Source of the DNA: an uncultured Actinomycetota bacterium
GTDB taxonomy: Bacteria > Actinomycetota > Actinomycetes > JACCUZ01
Assembly: GCA_963762865.1 (NCBI GenBank)
Contig: CAVXNC010000022.1
Span: forward strand, 34,265 to 98,264
DNA: 64,000 nucleotides
Direction: 5' to 3'
This document shows, piece after piece, positions 10,782-21,327 of the stretch. The notes under the pieces are model-generated. The model had not been told where the DNA came from and did not search any database. It saw nothing but the letters and a program-made list of their open reading frames with translations. Within the stretch, counting starts at the first letter, position 1; each line of letters opens with the position of its first letter. Both the position numbers and the translations under genes were made by a program.

Positions 10782-11031
10782 GTCTGGGTCCTCCTGGCGC
10801 AGGCGTGCTCAACTTCCGGCAGGGTCCGCCGCGAACCGGCGGGTGGGTCCAGCAAGCTGGATCCAGGACGCTTGGTACCCCGCCTCAGCGGTGGTCACGC
10901 CAGGGAAATTTCGGGGCATTTCCCCCTCGATCCGGCACCCGCTGGGTCAGCCGGGAGATCGCGACCGTGAGAAGGCACCACAGGCGCGCTGGATCGGCCC
11001 GCTCCGCCCGACGTGTGGCACATTCGACGAC

Positions 11032-12621
11032 GTGCCGGCCGTGATCGCCTTCGACGACCTCGAGCTGGACGTCGGGCTCTTCGAGCTTCGCCGGGGCGTC
11101 ACCCGGGTACCGATGGAGCCGCAGACCTTCGACGTCCTGGCCTACCTGGTCGCGCACCGCGACCGGGTGGTGCCCAAGGAAGAGCTGATGGACGCGGTGT
11201 GGGGAGGCCGCTTCGTCAGCGAGGCGGCGGTCACCAGCCGGATCAAGCAGGCTCGCCGGGCCGTCGGCGACGACGGGCAGGCGCAGCGGGTGATCCAGAC
11301 CGTGCACGGGCGGGGCTACCGCTTCGTCGCCGAGGTCGGCGATGTCGTTGCGGCCGCCGGGTCACCGTCGGATGCGACGGGCGAGGTGGGGTCGGTCCGC
11401 TACACGACCAGTGACGGCCTGGACATCGCCTTCCAGGTGAGCGGCCGCACCGACGGCGTCGGTCCGGACATCGTGCTGATCTCCGGCTTCGTCTCCCACC
11501 TCGAGCTCGACTGGGCCGACTCCCGTCATGCGCACTTCCTGCACCGGCTGGGCTCGATGGGCCGGCTGATCCGCTTCGACAAGCGCGGCACCGGGATGTC
11601 GGACCGGCCACCGGGCGTGCCGGACCTCGAGACCCGGATGCACGACGTGCTGTCGGTGATGGACGCGGTCGGCTCGCGACGCGCGGTCCTCGTCGGCTAC
11701 TCCGAGGGCGGGCCGATGGCCCTGCTCATGGCTGCCACGCACCCGGAGCGGGTGGCGTCGCTGGTCCTCTACTCGACCTACGCCAAGCGGCTCTGGTCCG
11801 AGGACTACCCGTGGGCGCAGACTCCCGAGCAGCGGGCGGCGTACACCGACGAGCTGGTGACCCGCTGGGACTGGGAGGCGGACGCCCGCATGCGCATCCC
11901 GTCGGCGGACGAGGCGATGCAGCGCTGGTGGGCGCAGCGGATGCGCGCGTCGGCGACGCCGTCGACCGTGCGCGCGCTGATGGACATGAACTCCCTGGTC
12001 GACGTGCGCGAGACCCTGCCCGCGGTCCGGGTGCCGACCCTCGTGCTGCACCGGCGCGGGGACGCCCTCTTCAGTCACGAGGAGGGCAGGTACATCGCCA
12101 ACCGGGTGCCGGGGGCGAGGTTCCTGCTCCTCGACGGCGAGGACCACTTCGTCTCCGGCGACCCGGACCAGATCCTCGACGAGGTCGAGCCGTTCGTCGC
12201 CGCGATGCAGGAGCCGGAGTCACCCCCGCTGGCACTCGCCGCTCTGGTGTCGGTCACCGGTCCTGGCACGAAGGCGGTCGTCGACAACCTCGTCCTCGCG
12301 GGCGGGCGGGCACGGACGGACGTCTCGGGTCATCCGGTCGTGCTCTTCGACGGCCCGGCGAGGGCGGTCCGCGCGGCCCTGGCGCACCGTCGGGACGACG
12401 CCGGCGTCGGTGTCGCGGTGGCCGAGGTGGAGCGCGACGCCGAGGTCGTGCGGGCGTACGGCGTCACGGTGGCCGTGGACATCGCCGGCGCGGTGCCGCT
12501 CGGCGAGGTTTGGCTGTCGGGCACGGTCGGCGTGCTGCTGGCCGGTTCGAGCATCGCCGTCGAGCCGGCGGGCACCGCTGTCCTGGGCGAGTCCGAGCAC
12601 CAGGTCCTCCGCCCGGTCTGA
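11032..12621 (+). CDS. OmpR-type wHTH / alpha-beta hydrolase / degenerate class III cyclase fusion protein
   Basis: EPQTFDVLAYL..IQTVHGRGYRF wHTH; FDKRGTGMSD, GYSEG and GEDH hydrolase motifs; LFDGPARAVRAA cyclase remnant. Start is approximate. Confidence 0.85.
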   Translation: MPAVIAFDDLELDVGLFELRRGVTRVPMEPQTFDVLAYLVAHRDRVVPKEELMDAVWGGRFVSEAAVTSRIKQARRAVGDDGQAQRVIQTVHGRGYRFVAEVGDVVAAAGSPSDATGEVGSVRYTTSDGLDIAFQVSGRTDGVGPDIVLISGFVSHLELDWADSRHAHFLHRLGSMGRLIRFDKRGTGMSDRPPGVPDLETRMHDVLSVMDAVGSRRAVLVGYSEGGPMALLMAATHPERVASLVLYSTYAKRLWSEDYPWAQTPEQRAAYTDELVTRWDWEADARMRIPSADEAMQRWWAQRMRASATPSTVRALMDMNSLVDVRETLPAVRVPTLVLHRRGDALFSHEEGRYIANRVPGARFLLLDGEDHFVSGDPDQILDEVEPFVAAMQEPESPPLALAALVSVTGPGTKAVVDNLVLAGGRARTDVSGHPVVLFDGPARAVRAALAHRRDDAGVGVAVAEVERDAEVVRAYGVTVAVDIAGAVPLGEVWLSGTVGVLLAGSSIAVEPAGTAVLGESEHQVLRPV

Positions 12622-12636
12622 CGCCGCTGACGCCGA

Positions 12637-12670
12637 GACCGGCCGGCCCCGGACGAGGGGCCGGCCGGTC
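12637..12670. terminator. Hairpin between convergent genes
   Basis: Perfect 14-bp stem gaccggccggcccc / ggggccggccggtc. Confidence 0.65.
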
Positions 12671-12701
12671 AGCGTCGGTCAGATCAGTCAGCGTCTGCGG
12701 C

Positions 12702-13274
12702 TCAGGAGCTCGTGACGTCGACCGACACCGCGGTGCCGTTGGTGACGACGTCGAAGACGGCCGAGCGCTTGCGGGACTGCTCGACGAGGGCCGCGAGCTG
12801 CTCCGCCTCGGCGTCACCGTCGACGTGGAAGACGACGCGGATGTTGTCGTAGCCGTTGCGCACCTCGGCGTCGATGCCGAGGATCCCGCGCAGGTCGATG
12901 TCGCCCTCGACAGTCGCCGTCACGCCCTGCAGGTCGATGCCGCGGGCCGCCGCGATGTTGGCGACGCCGCTCATCAGGCAGGCGCCCAGGGCGTTGAGCA
13001 GGAGCTCGGCCGGGGTCGGGGCGTTGTCCTGCCCGACGAGCACCACGGGGTGGTCGGCGGTGATGGTGGTCGGCTGCTTGTGCTGGTGCTCCTGGCCGGC
13101 GCCGTAGAAGCCGGTGATGGTGCCGCGGCTGTGCGTCCCGCTGACCCACTCGTGCGACGAGCGGAACTGGAACTTGGCCAGCGGCGGCTGGTCCCGCACG
13201 ACGCCGATGGTGGCGAAGAGCGTCTCGACGTCGACTCCGTTGCGGGGCTGCGCCGGGGACTGGGTGGTGGTCAT
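12702..13274 (-). CDS. OsmC family protein
   Basis: NGVDV, ADHPVVLVGQDNAPTPAELLLNALGACL, GDIDLRGILG. Confidence 0.88.
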   Translation of the reverse strand: MTTTQSPAQPRNGVDVETLFATIGVVRDQPPLAKFQFRSSHEWVSGTHSRGTITGFYGAGQEHQHKQPTTITADHPVVLVGQDNAPTPAELLLNALGACLMSGVANIAAARGIDLQGVTATVEGDIDLRGILGIDAEVRNGYDNIRVVFHVDGDAEAEQLAALVEQSRKRSAVFDVVTNGTAVSVDVTSS

Positions 13275-13334
13275 GGTGGTGGTTCCTCTCGATGGGTGGT
13301 GCGGTGGCTTGCTGTGGTGGGTCGGTGCGGTCGG

Positions 13335-14567
13335 TCAGGCGGCCATCGCGGTGCCCAGGGGTGCGGGCAGCGCGGCCAGGTCGGCGGCCTCACGCTCGAG
13401 GGCGTCGGAGAGCTGGATCTGCAGCTCGACGAAGCGCTCGGGGTTCGGGAAGGCGCTCAGCGCCCGGGTGATCTCGAAGGTCTCGCGGAGGGCGGCGTCG
13501 CGCCGGAGCTGGTACGCCGTCAGCAGATCGAGCTCGCTGCCCGCGTCGGCCGCGTGCAGGGCGGCGTCGACCGCGTTGGCCAGCAGCTCGGCGTCCCGGA
13601 ATGCGTCGGTGATGCCGTGTCCGGTCACCGGGTCGCGGTGGTAGCCGGCGTCGCCGACCAGGGCCCAGCCCTGGCTGGTGCCCCCGGGCATGGGTCGGCC
13701 GATGGGCCGGCGGACGACGTTGGGCAGGTCGGCGACGCCGCGGACCGGGGACTCGACCCGGCCGGCCCGCACCCGCTCGCCCAGTGACGGCGAGGCCTCC
13801 GCGACGGCGGCCAGCAGGGACGCGGGCCGCTGCGGGCCGGGGGAGTCCAGGAAGCCGAGTCGCGGGGTCGGCGCCGCGAGCCAGACGCAGGAGCGTCCGT
13901 GGTTGGTCGGGAAGATGCCGGCGAACGCGTCCGGCGCGACGTGGAACTCGTAGGCCGGCCCGTCGGTCTCGAGCGGGACTCCGGCGACGTACGTGTAGAA
14001 GGTGCCGGTCCCGGACGGTGACGACTGCAGGACCTCGGCCCCCAGCCAGCCGGCCATCCGGGAGCGAACCCCGTCGGCACCGATGACGAAGTCGGCCTCG
14101 ACGGTCACGGGCTCCCCTCCGGGCCCGCGCCCGTCGACGCCGACGACCCGGCCCTCGCCGCGACGGCGGACGCCGGTGACCGTGACGCCGGTGCGCAGGA
14201 TGGCGCCGGCGCGCACCGCGGCGTCCTGCAGCAGCCCGTCGAGCAGGTGGCGCCGCGGTGCGACCAGGTGGTCGACACCGGCCCGGTCCTTGATCCGCCG
14301 GACGTTCTGAGCGTCGCCGAGCCGGAAGAGCACCTCACGGACTGCGGGTGCACCGGAGGCGTGCACGTCGTCGAGCAGGCCCCAGCGAGCCAGCTGGACG
14401 ACGCCGCCGCGGGCGATGCCGTGGGTCGACACGGTGTCGCTCGGGAAGGGCGACCGGTCCAGGAGGAGCACGTCATGCCCGGCCCTGGCCAGGAGCATCG
14501 CTGTCGCAGCACCGGCGCAGCGGGCGCCGACGACGACGACCTGGTGGTGCTCGACCCGGGTTCTCAT
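13335..14567 (-). CDS. NAD(P)/FAD-dependent oxidoreductase (geranylgeranyl reductase/monooxygenase-like)
   Basis: VVVVGARCAG, IGADGVRS, WALVGDAGYHRDPVTGHGI. Confidence 0.88.
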   Translation of the reverse strand: MRTRVEHHQVVVVGARCAGAATAMLLARAGHDVLLLDRSPFPSDTVSTHGIARGGVVQLARWGLLDDVHASGAPAVREVLFRLGDAQNVRRIKDRAGVDHLVAPRRHLLDGLLQDAAVRAGAILRTGVTVTGVRRRGEGRVVGVDGRGPGGEPVTVEADFVIGADGVRSRMAGWLGAEVLQSSPSGTGTFYTYVAGVPLETDGPAYEFHVAPDAFAGIFPTNHGRSCVWLAAPTPRLGFLDSPGPQRPASLLAAVAEASPSLGERVRAGRVESPVRGVADLPNVVRRPIGRPMPGGTSQGWALVGDAGYHRDPVTGHGITDAFRDAELLANAVDAALHAADAGSELDLLTAYQLRRDAALRETFEITRALSAFPNPERFVELQIQLSDALEREAADLAALPAPLGTAMAA

Positions 14568-14602
14568 GACCGTCGACTCTGCGCGTCGTCGTGCCTGGGT
14601 GC

Positions 14603-14631
14603 TTGGCGACGGTGTGGAGAGAACGTGGAGA
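14603..14631 (-). promoter_or_regulatory. Heptamer direct repeats with 11-bp period (wHTH/SARP-type operator)
   Basis: GTGGAGA at 14614 and 14625, degenerate TTGGCGA at 14603, just upstream of the oxidoreductase start. Confidence 0.5.
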
Positions 14632-14643
14632 CGGGCTGACGAA

Positions 14644-15165
14644 TCAGCAGCATGCGTCGGCGCCGGGCTCGGCCGTGGCGCAGCACGTGCCGCCGGCCGT
14701 CGCCGGCCGGGCCGCCGGGTCGTCATCGAGCACGGTGTAGAACTCCCACGCGCCGAGCGGGGCGTCCGGCACGTCGACCCACACCTTGTCCTGCAGCGCG
14801 TGGCAGCAGAGGTCGGCCTCCGAGACGTTGTGCGGCAGACCGCTCGCCGCGAAGCGTTCGGTCGTCGCCTGTACGTCGTCGGGGGAGGGCAGCTCGACGC
14901 CGAGGTGGTTCAGCGGAGAGGCCGCCTGCGCGTTCTCGAAGAGCACCAGCTTGAGCGGCGGGTCGACCAGGGCGAAGTTGGCGTAGCCGGGCCGGCGCTT
15001 GGCCGGCGCGACGCCGAAGATCTCGGTGTAGCGCTCGACCGCGGCGTCCAGGTCGGTGACGTTGAGCGCGAGCTGCACGCGGCTGGTGGCGTGCGGGCCG
15101 CTGGTCTGCGGGGCCATGGTCTGCGGGGCCTTGGCCTGCGGGGCGCCGGTCTGCGGGGTGGTCAT
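14644..15165 (-). CDS. ArsI/CadI family VOC metalloenzyme (C-As lyase-like)
   Basis: SRVQLALNVTDL, KRRPGYANF, PPLKLVL, LNHLGVE, CCHALQDKVWV, WEFYTV and C-terminal CC pairs; N-terminal 15-nt (APQxx) tandem repeats. Confidence 0.88.
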   Translation of the reverse strand: MTTPQTGAPQAKAPQTMAPQTSGPHATSRVQLALNVTDLDAAVERYTEIFGVAPAKRRPGYANFALVDPPLKLVLFENAQAASPLNHLGVELPSPDDVQATTERFAASGLPHNVSEADLCCHALQDKVWVDVPDAPLGAWEFYTVLDDDPAARPATAGGTCCATAEPGADACC

Positions 15166-15217
15166 CCTCGGTCTCCTCCGGTCGGTGCGCTCGGCGGAGT
15201 GCGAGCGGCGACCAGGA

Positions 15218-15244
15218 AGACGAGGGAGCGTGGTCGGGGACGCA
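15218..15244 (-). promoter_or_regulatory. ECF-sigma promoter motif driving the arsI-like gene
   Basis: Minus strand TGCGTCC-N13-CTCGTCT. Confidence 0.6.
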
Positions 15245-15270
15245 CCGTCAGCCCCCGCCGGGTCAGGAAG

Positions 15271-15297
15271 TGCGTCCGTCGACGCGCCGACTCGTCT
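15271..15297 (+). promoter_or_regulatory. ECF-sigma promoter motif driving the sigZ-like gene (autoregulation)
   Basis: Plus strand TGCGTCC-N13-CTCGTCT, identical elements and spacing to the divergent copy. Confidence 0.6.
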
Positions 15298-15322
15298 CTA
15301 TGGTGGAGACCCAGGAGGACGC

Positions 15323-15956
15323 ATGCCCGAGCAGGACAGCCGGCAGGGAGCCGTCGCCACCGCACCGCAGCCCGGTCGGGCCGACGTCGAGTGGGCTGAG
15401 ACCCTGCGCCGGATCACCACATTCGTCACCAACCGGACCGGTGACCCCGAGCTGGCCGCCGACATCACGCAGGACGTGGTGGTGCGCAGCATCGCGTCCG
15501 GCGCTCTGGAGCGGGTCGACGACGTCACCGCCTGGCTCTACCGCTCGGCCCGCAACGCGGTCATCGACCACCACCGCACCCGGCGGACCGTTGTGCCGCT
15601 TCCCGACGACGACCGCTGGCCCGACCCGGACGCCTCGGCCGAGGTGCACGACTCCGACGACCCGAACGGCCCCAACGCGGCCACCCGGGAGCTGGCCCGT
15701 TGCCTCCAGCCGACTGCTCGGCCGGCTGCCGCCGGAGGCCCGCGACGCCCTGACCCGCGTCGACCTGGACGGCCAGACAAACCAGCAGGCGGCCGACCAG
15801 CTCGGCATCTCGGTTTCCGGGATGAAGTCCCGGGTGCAGCGCGCCCGCCGCCGCCTCAAGGACCTGGTGACCGGCTGCTGCACCGTGCAGCTCGACCACC
15901 TGGGTGGGGTCAGCGACTACCAGCGCCCCCCGGCAGGCTGCGGCTGCGAGTCCTGA
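15323..15956 (+). CDS. SigZ-like ECF RNA polymerase sigma factor with Cys-rich C-terminus (frameshift near 15712)
   Basis: ADITQDV, AWLYRSARNAVIDHHR, LGISVSGMKSRVQRARRRLKDLVTGCC..GCGCES; AGGAGG RBS. Confidence 0.85.
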
Positions 15957-16041
15957 CCCGCCACGGGTCCCCAGGAGATCGCCAGGTCATCACCACGCGG
16001 TCGCCAAGTCTTGCGCGGCCGCTCCCACGAGAGTCCTCGAC

Positions 16042-16830
16042 ATGTCAGCCGTCACCGCCCCCACCCCGGCCGGAGCCCTCGCCTCTGTCCCCGTCGCCGC
16101 GGCCGTCGACCTCACCGACTCGGCCACCGTCGCCCGCGGCGGCCGGGCCGCCGACCGTCGCGCGTTCCTCGAGGGAGTCCGCGCGATGCTGCCGCTGCTG
16201 CTGGGCGTGGCACCGTTCGGTCTGGTCATCGGCGTCACCGTCGCCGAGCTCGGCGTGCCGCACCTCGCCGGCTGGTCGCTCGGGTGGCTGGTCTACGCCG
16301 GCAGCGCGCAGCTGGCAGCCGTCGGCCTGCTGGCGAGCAGCGCCTCGGCCGCGGTGGTCGTGGCCAGCGTCGCCGTCATCAACCTGAGGATCGGCCTCTA
16401 CAGCGCGGCCATGGCGCCGCACTGGCGCGGGACCAGCAAGCTGTGGCGGCTGGTCGCCAGCTACCTGCTGATCGACCCGTCGTTCGCGGTCGGCAGCCAG
16501 TCCTACGACGGTTCGCGGCCCAAGCGGCAGGCGCACCTGCACTACCTCGGTGGTGCGCTGGTCCTGTGGGCCGGCTGGCTCACGGTCATCGGCATCGGGG
16601 TCACCGTCGGCGCGGCGCTGCCGTCGCAGCTGCGGCTCGACTCGATCGGCCCGCTCTACATCGTGGCCCTGGTGGTCATGTCCGCACGCACGGCGGCCGC
16701 CAAGGTCGCGGTCGCCGTCGCGGTCGTCACCGCGGTCCTCGCCTCGCTGCTGCCCCTGCACCTCGGGCCGGCCGTGGGAATGGTCGCCGGCCTGCTCGCC
16801 GGCTCGATGATGCTGAAGAGGACCTCATGA
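16042..16830 (+). CDS. azlC: AzlC family branched-chain amino acid exporter
   Basis: PFGLVIG, VYAGSAQLA, VINLR, LLIDPSFA; hydrophobic. Confidence 0.85.
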   Translation: MSAVTAPTPAGALASVPVAAAVDLTDSATVARGGRAADRRAFLEGVRAMLPLLLGVAPFGLVIGVTVAELGVPHLAGWSLGWLVYAGSAQLAAVGLLASSASAAVVVASVAVINLRIGLYSAAMAPHWRGTSKLWRLVASYLLIDPSFAVGSQSYDGSRPKRQAHLHYLGGALVLWAGWLTVIGIGVTVGAALPSQLRLDSIGPLYIVALVVMSARTAAAKVAVAVAVVTAVLASLLPLHLGPAVGMVAGLLAGSMMLKRTS

Positions 16831-17150
16831 ACACCTGGACGGTCGTCGTCCTGGCCGGCCTGGCCACCTTCGCGATCCGGGTGCTCCCGGTGGCGCTCCT
16901 CTCGACCCGGCCGGTTCCCGAGTGGCTGGAGCGGATCGGGCCGCTGACCGCGCCGGTCGCCTTCGCCGCCCTGGGCGCAGCCACGGTCGCCGGCGCCGCG
17001 AGCGGCGGGCCCGGGGTGCTGCTCCCGCTGGTCGCTGCGGTCGCTGTCGCCGGGGCGGTGGCGCTCCGTACCCGCTCGACGACGTGGGCCATGGCGCTCG
17101 GGATGGCCGCGGTCTGGGCCGGTGCCGCCCTCGTCGCTGTTGTCGGCTGA
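16827..17150 (+). CDS. azlD: AzlD domain small membrane subunit
   Basis: ATGA overlap with azlC; LATFAIRVLP; hydrophobic 107 aa. Confidence 0.8.
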   Translation: MNTWTVVVLAGLATFAIRVLPVALLSTRPVPEWLERIGPLTAPVAFAALGAATVAGAASGGPGVLLPLVAAVAVAGAVALRTRSTTWAMALGMAAVWAGAALVAVVG

Positions 17151-17245
17151 CCGCGGTCCTTAACTAGGCACCCGGCACCGATCCCGCGCGGCGGCGCGGC
17201 CCCGACTCTCGTGATGACACCAGACATCACGACCGAGGAGCCACC

Positions 17246-18401
17246 ATGCGCATCCTGTTCACCTCCACCGCCGGGCTCGGCCACGTCCACCCGCTGCTGC
17301 CCTTCGTCCGCGCCGCCCAGGCCCGCGGGCACGAGGCCCGGCTCGCCATCACCGTCGAGGCCCAGCCCGCGGCCACCGGTTTCGGCGTCCAGCTCGTCCC
17401 GACGGCGGCGCCCAGCCCCGCCGACGCCGGCGCCTTCTGGGGCGCGCTCGACCAGCAGGCCGACCAGGACTCCTACGTCATCGGGCGCTGGTTCGGCGGC
17501 CTGGTCACCAGGGCCGCGCTGCCGGCGATCCACGCCGAGGTCGAGGAGTGGCGCCCCGACCTGGTCATCAGCGAGGCCGCCGAGGTCGCCGGTGCGCTGT
17601 GCGCCGAGGCGGCGGGCATCCCGCACGTCACGGTCGGCGTCACGGCGCTAGGCATCGATGGGCTACACCTCGCAGACCCTGATCGACGAGGTCAACCAGG
17701 GACGTCGCCTGCTGGGCCTCGCCGACACCGACGAGGCGCCGTGGCAGCGCAGCACGACGCGCTACGTCACCGCCGTGCCGCGGGTCCTGTGGGGCAGCCC
17801 GGACGAGGCGCCCGCCGACACGATCGTGCTCCGGCACGACGACCCCGAGGGCCCGGTGCCGGTCTCGGTGCCGCAGCCGCGGGCCGCCGGCGCCCGGCCG
17901 ACCGTCTACGCGACTCTCGGCAGCGCCGCACCCGGCTTCCACCTCGCCGGTCCGGCGTTCGCCGCCGTGCTCGCCGGCCTCGGCCAGCTCGACGCGGACG
18001 TGCTCTTCACGGTCGGTTCGTTCGACGTGGCGGCGCTCGGGCCGGTCCCGGCCAACGTGAAGGTCGAGAGCTACGTCCCGCAGTCGGTCGCGATGGCCTG
18101 CGACGCCGTCGTCACCCACGGTGGTTCGGGCACGACGATCGCCGCGCTCACCCGCGGGCTGCCCCAGGTCGTCGTGCCGCTCTTCGCCGACCAGCCGCAC
18201 AACGCGGAGCGGATCGCCGCCGAGGGCATCGGCCTGGCCGTCGACGTACGGTCCGCGGCCGAGACGCTGGCACCGGCCGTGCGACGGGTGCTCGACGAAC
18301 CGTCCTTCGCCGCCCGGGCTCGCGAGGCCGCCACTGAGCTCGCCGGGCTGCCGAGTGCCGACGAGGTGCTGGCGGAGCTGCTGCCGGTCGCGGTTCACTG
18401 A
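17246..18401 (+). CDS. GT1 (MGT/macrolide-type) glycosyltransferase (frameshift near 17660)
   Basis: MRILFTS..GHVHPLLP, VYATLGS, YVPQ, THGGSGT, PLFADQ. Confidence 0.87.
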
Positions 18402-18405
18402 CGCC

Positions 18406-21301
18406 GTGCCGGGAGAGCTGCGGGCGCGCGCCCTCGTGGGGCGCGACGACGAGCTCGCCGCGATCCGGACCGCCCTCTCCGCGCTGTCGCGTGGGGAGGG
18501 CGGTCTCGTGCTCGTCACCGGCGAGGCGGGCGTCGGCAAGTCCCGCCTGCTCCGCGAGGTCGAGTCGTACGCCCGGCAGGCCGGTGCGGCCGTCCTCCCG
18601 GGCCGTGCCCTGCCGGGGTCGGCGCCGCTGCGGCCGCTGAGCGAGGCGCTGCTGCGCGCCTGGCGCGGGCGGCCGTTCCCCGACGCGGCGGGGCTGCGGC
18701 CCTTCCGGACCGCGCTGGCCCGGCTGGTGCCGGGGTGGGCGGTGGACAGCGGCACCCCGGGCGGCGCCGACGCCGGCTCGCCGGTGGTGCTCGGCGAAGC
18801 AGTGCTCGAGCTGCTGGTGGCCACCGGCCCGGCGGCCGGCACGGTCGTCACCCTGGAGGACCTGCACTGGGCGGATCCTGCGACGGTCGCGGTGCTCGAG
18901 CACCTGGCGACGGCTGCTGCGACCAGCCCGGTGCTCGTCGTGGGCACCGCGCGCAGCGACGAGCCGGGGTCGGTGCTGCCGGTCAGCGGCGACGCGGTCC
19001 GTGGCGGCCTGCTCGGTGCCCGCGTCGTCGCGCTCGACCGGCTCCTGCCGGAGGTCGCGGCGTCGGTGGCGTCGGACGCCGCGGGCGGACGGGTGCTGCC
19101 GGTCGACGTCGTGGACTTCGTCGTGGAACGCGCCGACGGGCTGCCGCTGCTCGTCGAGGAGGTGCTCACCGGGCTGGTCGAGAGCGGCGTGCTGTCGACC
19201 GGCGGCGTCTGGGAACAAACGGGCGACCTGACCGCCGCGGTGCCGGCCGGGCTGCGCCACATCGTGGAGACCCGGCTCGCCCGGCTCGACCCACCACAGC
19301 GAGCGGTGCTCGACGCCGTCGCCGTCGGCGGGGCCGACCTGCCGTGGCGGCTGGTCGCGGTCGCGACCGGGTTCGACGATCCGGTCGTGCTGGGTGCGCT
19401 GCGCGCAGGTGTCGACGCCAACCTGCTCACCGCGACCGAGCCCGCGGGCGGCGTACTGGCGCAGACCGGGGCCGGAGGCACCGCCGGTTCCGGACTCGGG
19501 TGGCGGCACGACCTGACTCGGCAGGCGGTGCTTCACCTGATGCTGCCGCCGGAGCGTCAGCGGGTGGCCGGCGCGCTCGCCGACGCGCTGGCGGCGGCGG
19601 ACGGAGGGCCGACGGACCCGACCGGCTCGCTCGACGCCGGGCGGCTGCTGCAGCTGGCCGACCTGCGGGTCGCCGCGGGCCAGGGGGTGGCGGCTGCCGG
19701 TGCGCTGCGGGCCGCTGCCCGGCGCGCGTTGCGGCGCGGGGAGCCCGCTGCTGCGGAAGCCCTGCTCCGGCGGGCCGCCGACCTCGACCCGTCGGCGCCG
19801 GTGACCGCCGACCTGGTCACCGCGCTGGCGCTCACCGGTCGCGCCGCGGAGGCACTCGACGTCGGGAGCGCGGTGCTGGCGAACACCTCGGGCGAGGAGC
19901 ACGCCCGGCTCTGCCTGGAGCTCGCCCGTGCGGCGGTGACTGCCGACCGGTGGGCCGACGCCCTGGCTTTCGTGGAGCGCTCCGGCCTCGCCGGCGCGCC
20001 GGAGGCCGACGCGGTGGCCGCCGACGCGGCGTTCGGCAGCGGGGACGTCGAGCGCGCCGAGCGGCTGGCCCGGGCCGTGGTCGCGGATGCGGCGGCGACT
20101 GCCGGCGCAGGTCTGCGAGGCACTCGAGGTGCTCGGGCGGGTCGTCCGGATCTCGGACCTCGCGGCCGCCGAGGAACACTTCCGGCGCGGCGCGCAGGTC
20201 GCGGCCGCCGCCGGTCTGGTCGCCGCGCGGGTGCGCGGGCTGCACAGCCTGGCGACACTGGAGCTCGCCCGGCAGGGCAGGTCGGCGGCACTGGCGGAGG
20301 CCCGTTCGGTGGCCGAGGACGCCGGCATGCTGGCGACAGTCGCCGGGATCGACCTGCTGCTCGGCGAGGTCGCGACCGTCGCGGAAGGACCGCGGGACGG
20401 GATCGTCGCGGCCACCCGGGCGCGCGACCTCGCCGCGCGGCTGCGCCTCGACGAGATGGCAGCCGCCGCGACCCTGCTCCTGGCGATGGCGCACGCGCTG
20501 GGGGAGGACCGGGCTGCCGCGGATGCCGAGCTGGCCCGGGTCGAGCCGATGGCGGCGCTCGTGCCGGACATCGCCGGGCTCGCCGGGATCGCCCGCGCAA
20601 TGACGCCCCTGCTGGCCGCCGACCTGGCGACCGCGCGCGACCTGCTCGACAACGCGGTGGCGACGCTCGCTGCCAACCGGGCCGGCGCACCGGTGGCCGG
20701 CTGGGGCGTCTGGGTCCTGCTGCGGGCGGTGCTCGACGACCGGCCGGCCGAAGCCAGGGACCTGCTCACCGGGTCGCACGCCCTGCTGGCCGGGACCAAC
20801 CGGGCGGGTCTGCGCTATGCCGAGGCGGTGGCTGCGGGCCGCTCCGGCGACGCCGCGGGTGCGCTGCGCCTGACGGCCGAGGGCGACGAGCTGCTCGCCG
20901 AGCAGCCGTGGTGGCGGCGGTTCCTCCGGCTGCTCGTCTGGCGGGCCGCGCTGGCCGACGGCTGGGGCGACCCCGTGGCCGGGCTGCGCGCCGACCTCTC
21001 CGGCTTCGAGGCCGGTGGCGACGACGCGCTGGCCCGGACCTGCCGCGACCTGCTGCGGCAGGCGGGTGTCACGGTCCGGCGCGGCCGGTCGGCCACCCCG
21101 GTGCCGCCGCGGCTGCGCGCGGTCGGCGTCACCGCGCGGGAGGCCGAGGTGCTGTCCCTGGTGACCGAGGGGCTGACCAACGCCGAGATCGCCCGGCGGC
21201 TCTTCCTCTCACCCCGCACGGTCGACCACCACGTGGCTCGGCTGCTGGCGAAGACGGGGGCGGCCAACCGCACGCAGCTGGCCGCCCACGCCGCACCCTG
21301 A
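18406..21301 (+). CDS. Large ATP-binding LuxR-family (LAL/STAND) regulator (frameshift near 20100)
   Basis: LVGRDDEL, Walker A GEAGVGKS, LEDLHWAD, GLPLLVEE; C-terminal TAREAEVL..GLTNAEIARRLFLSPRTVDHHV. Confidence 0.87.
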
Positions 21302-21327
21302 ACCGGTCGCGAGCCGGTCGACCCGGG

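Noticed and set aside
10903-10924. GGGAAAT-N8-ATTTCCC inverted repeat between divergent genes
   Set aside because: Single occurrence with no assignable regulator; insufficient support
15104-15160. 15-nt tandem repeats at the 5' end of arsI
   Set aside because: In-frame low-complexity APQxx linker with no spacers; not an array
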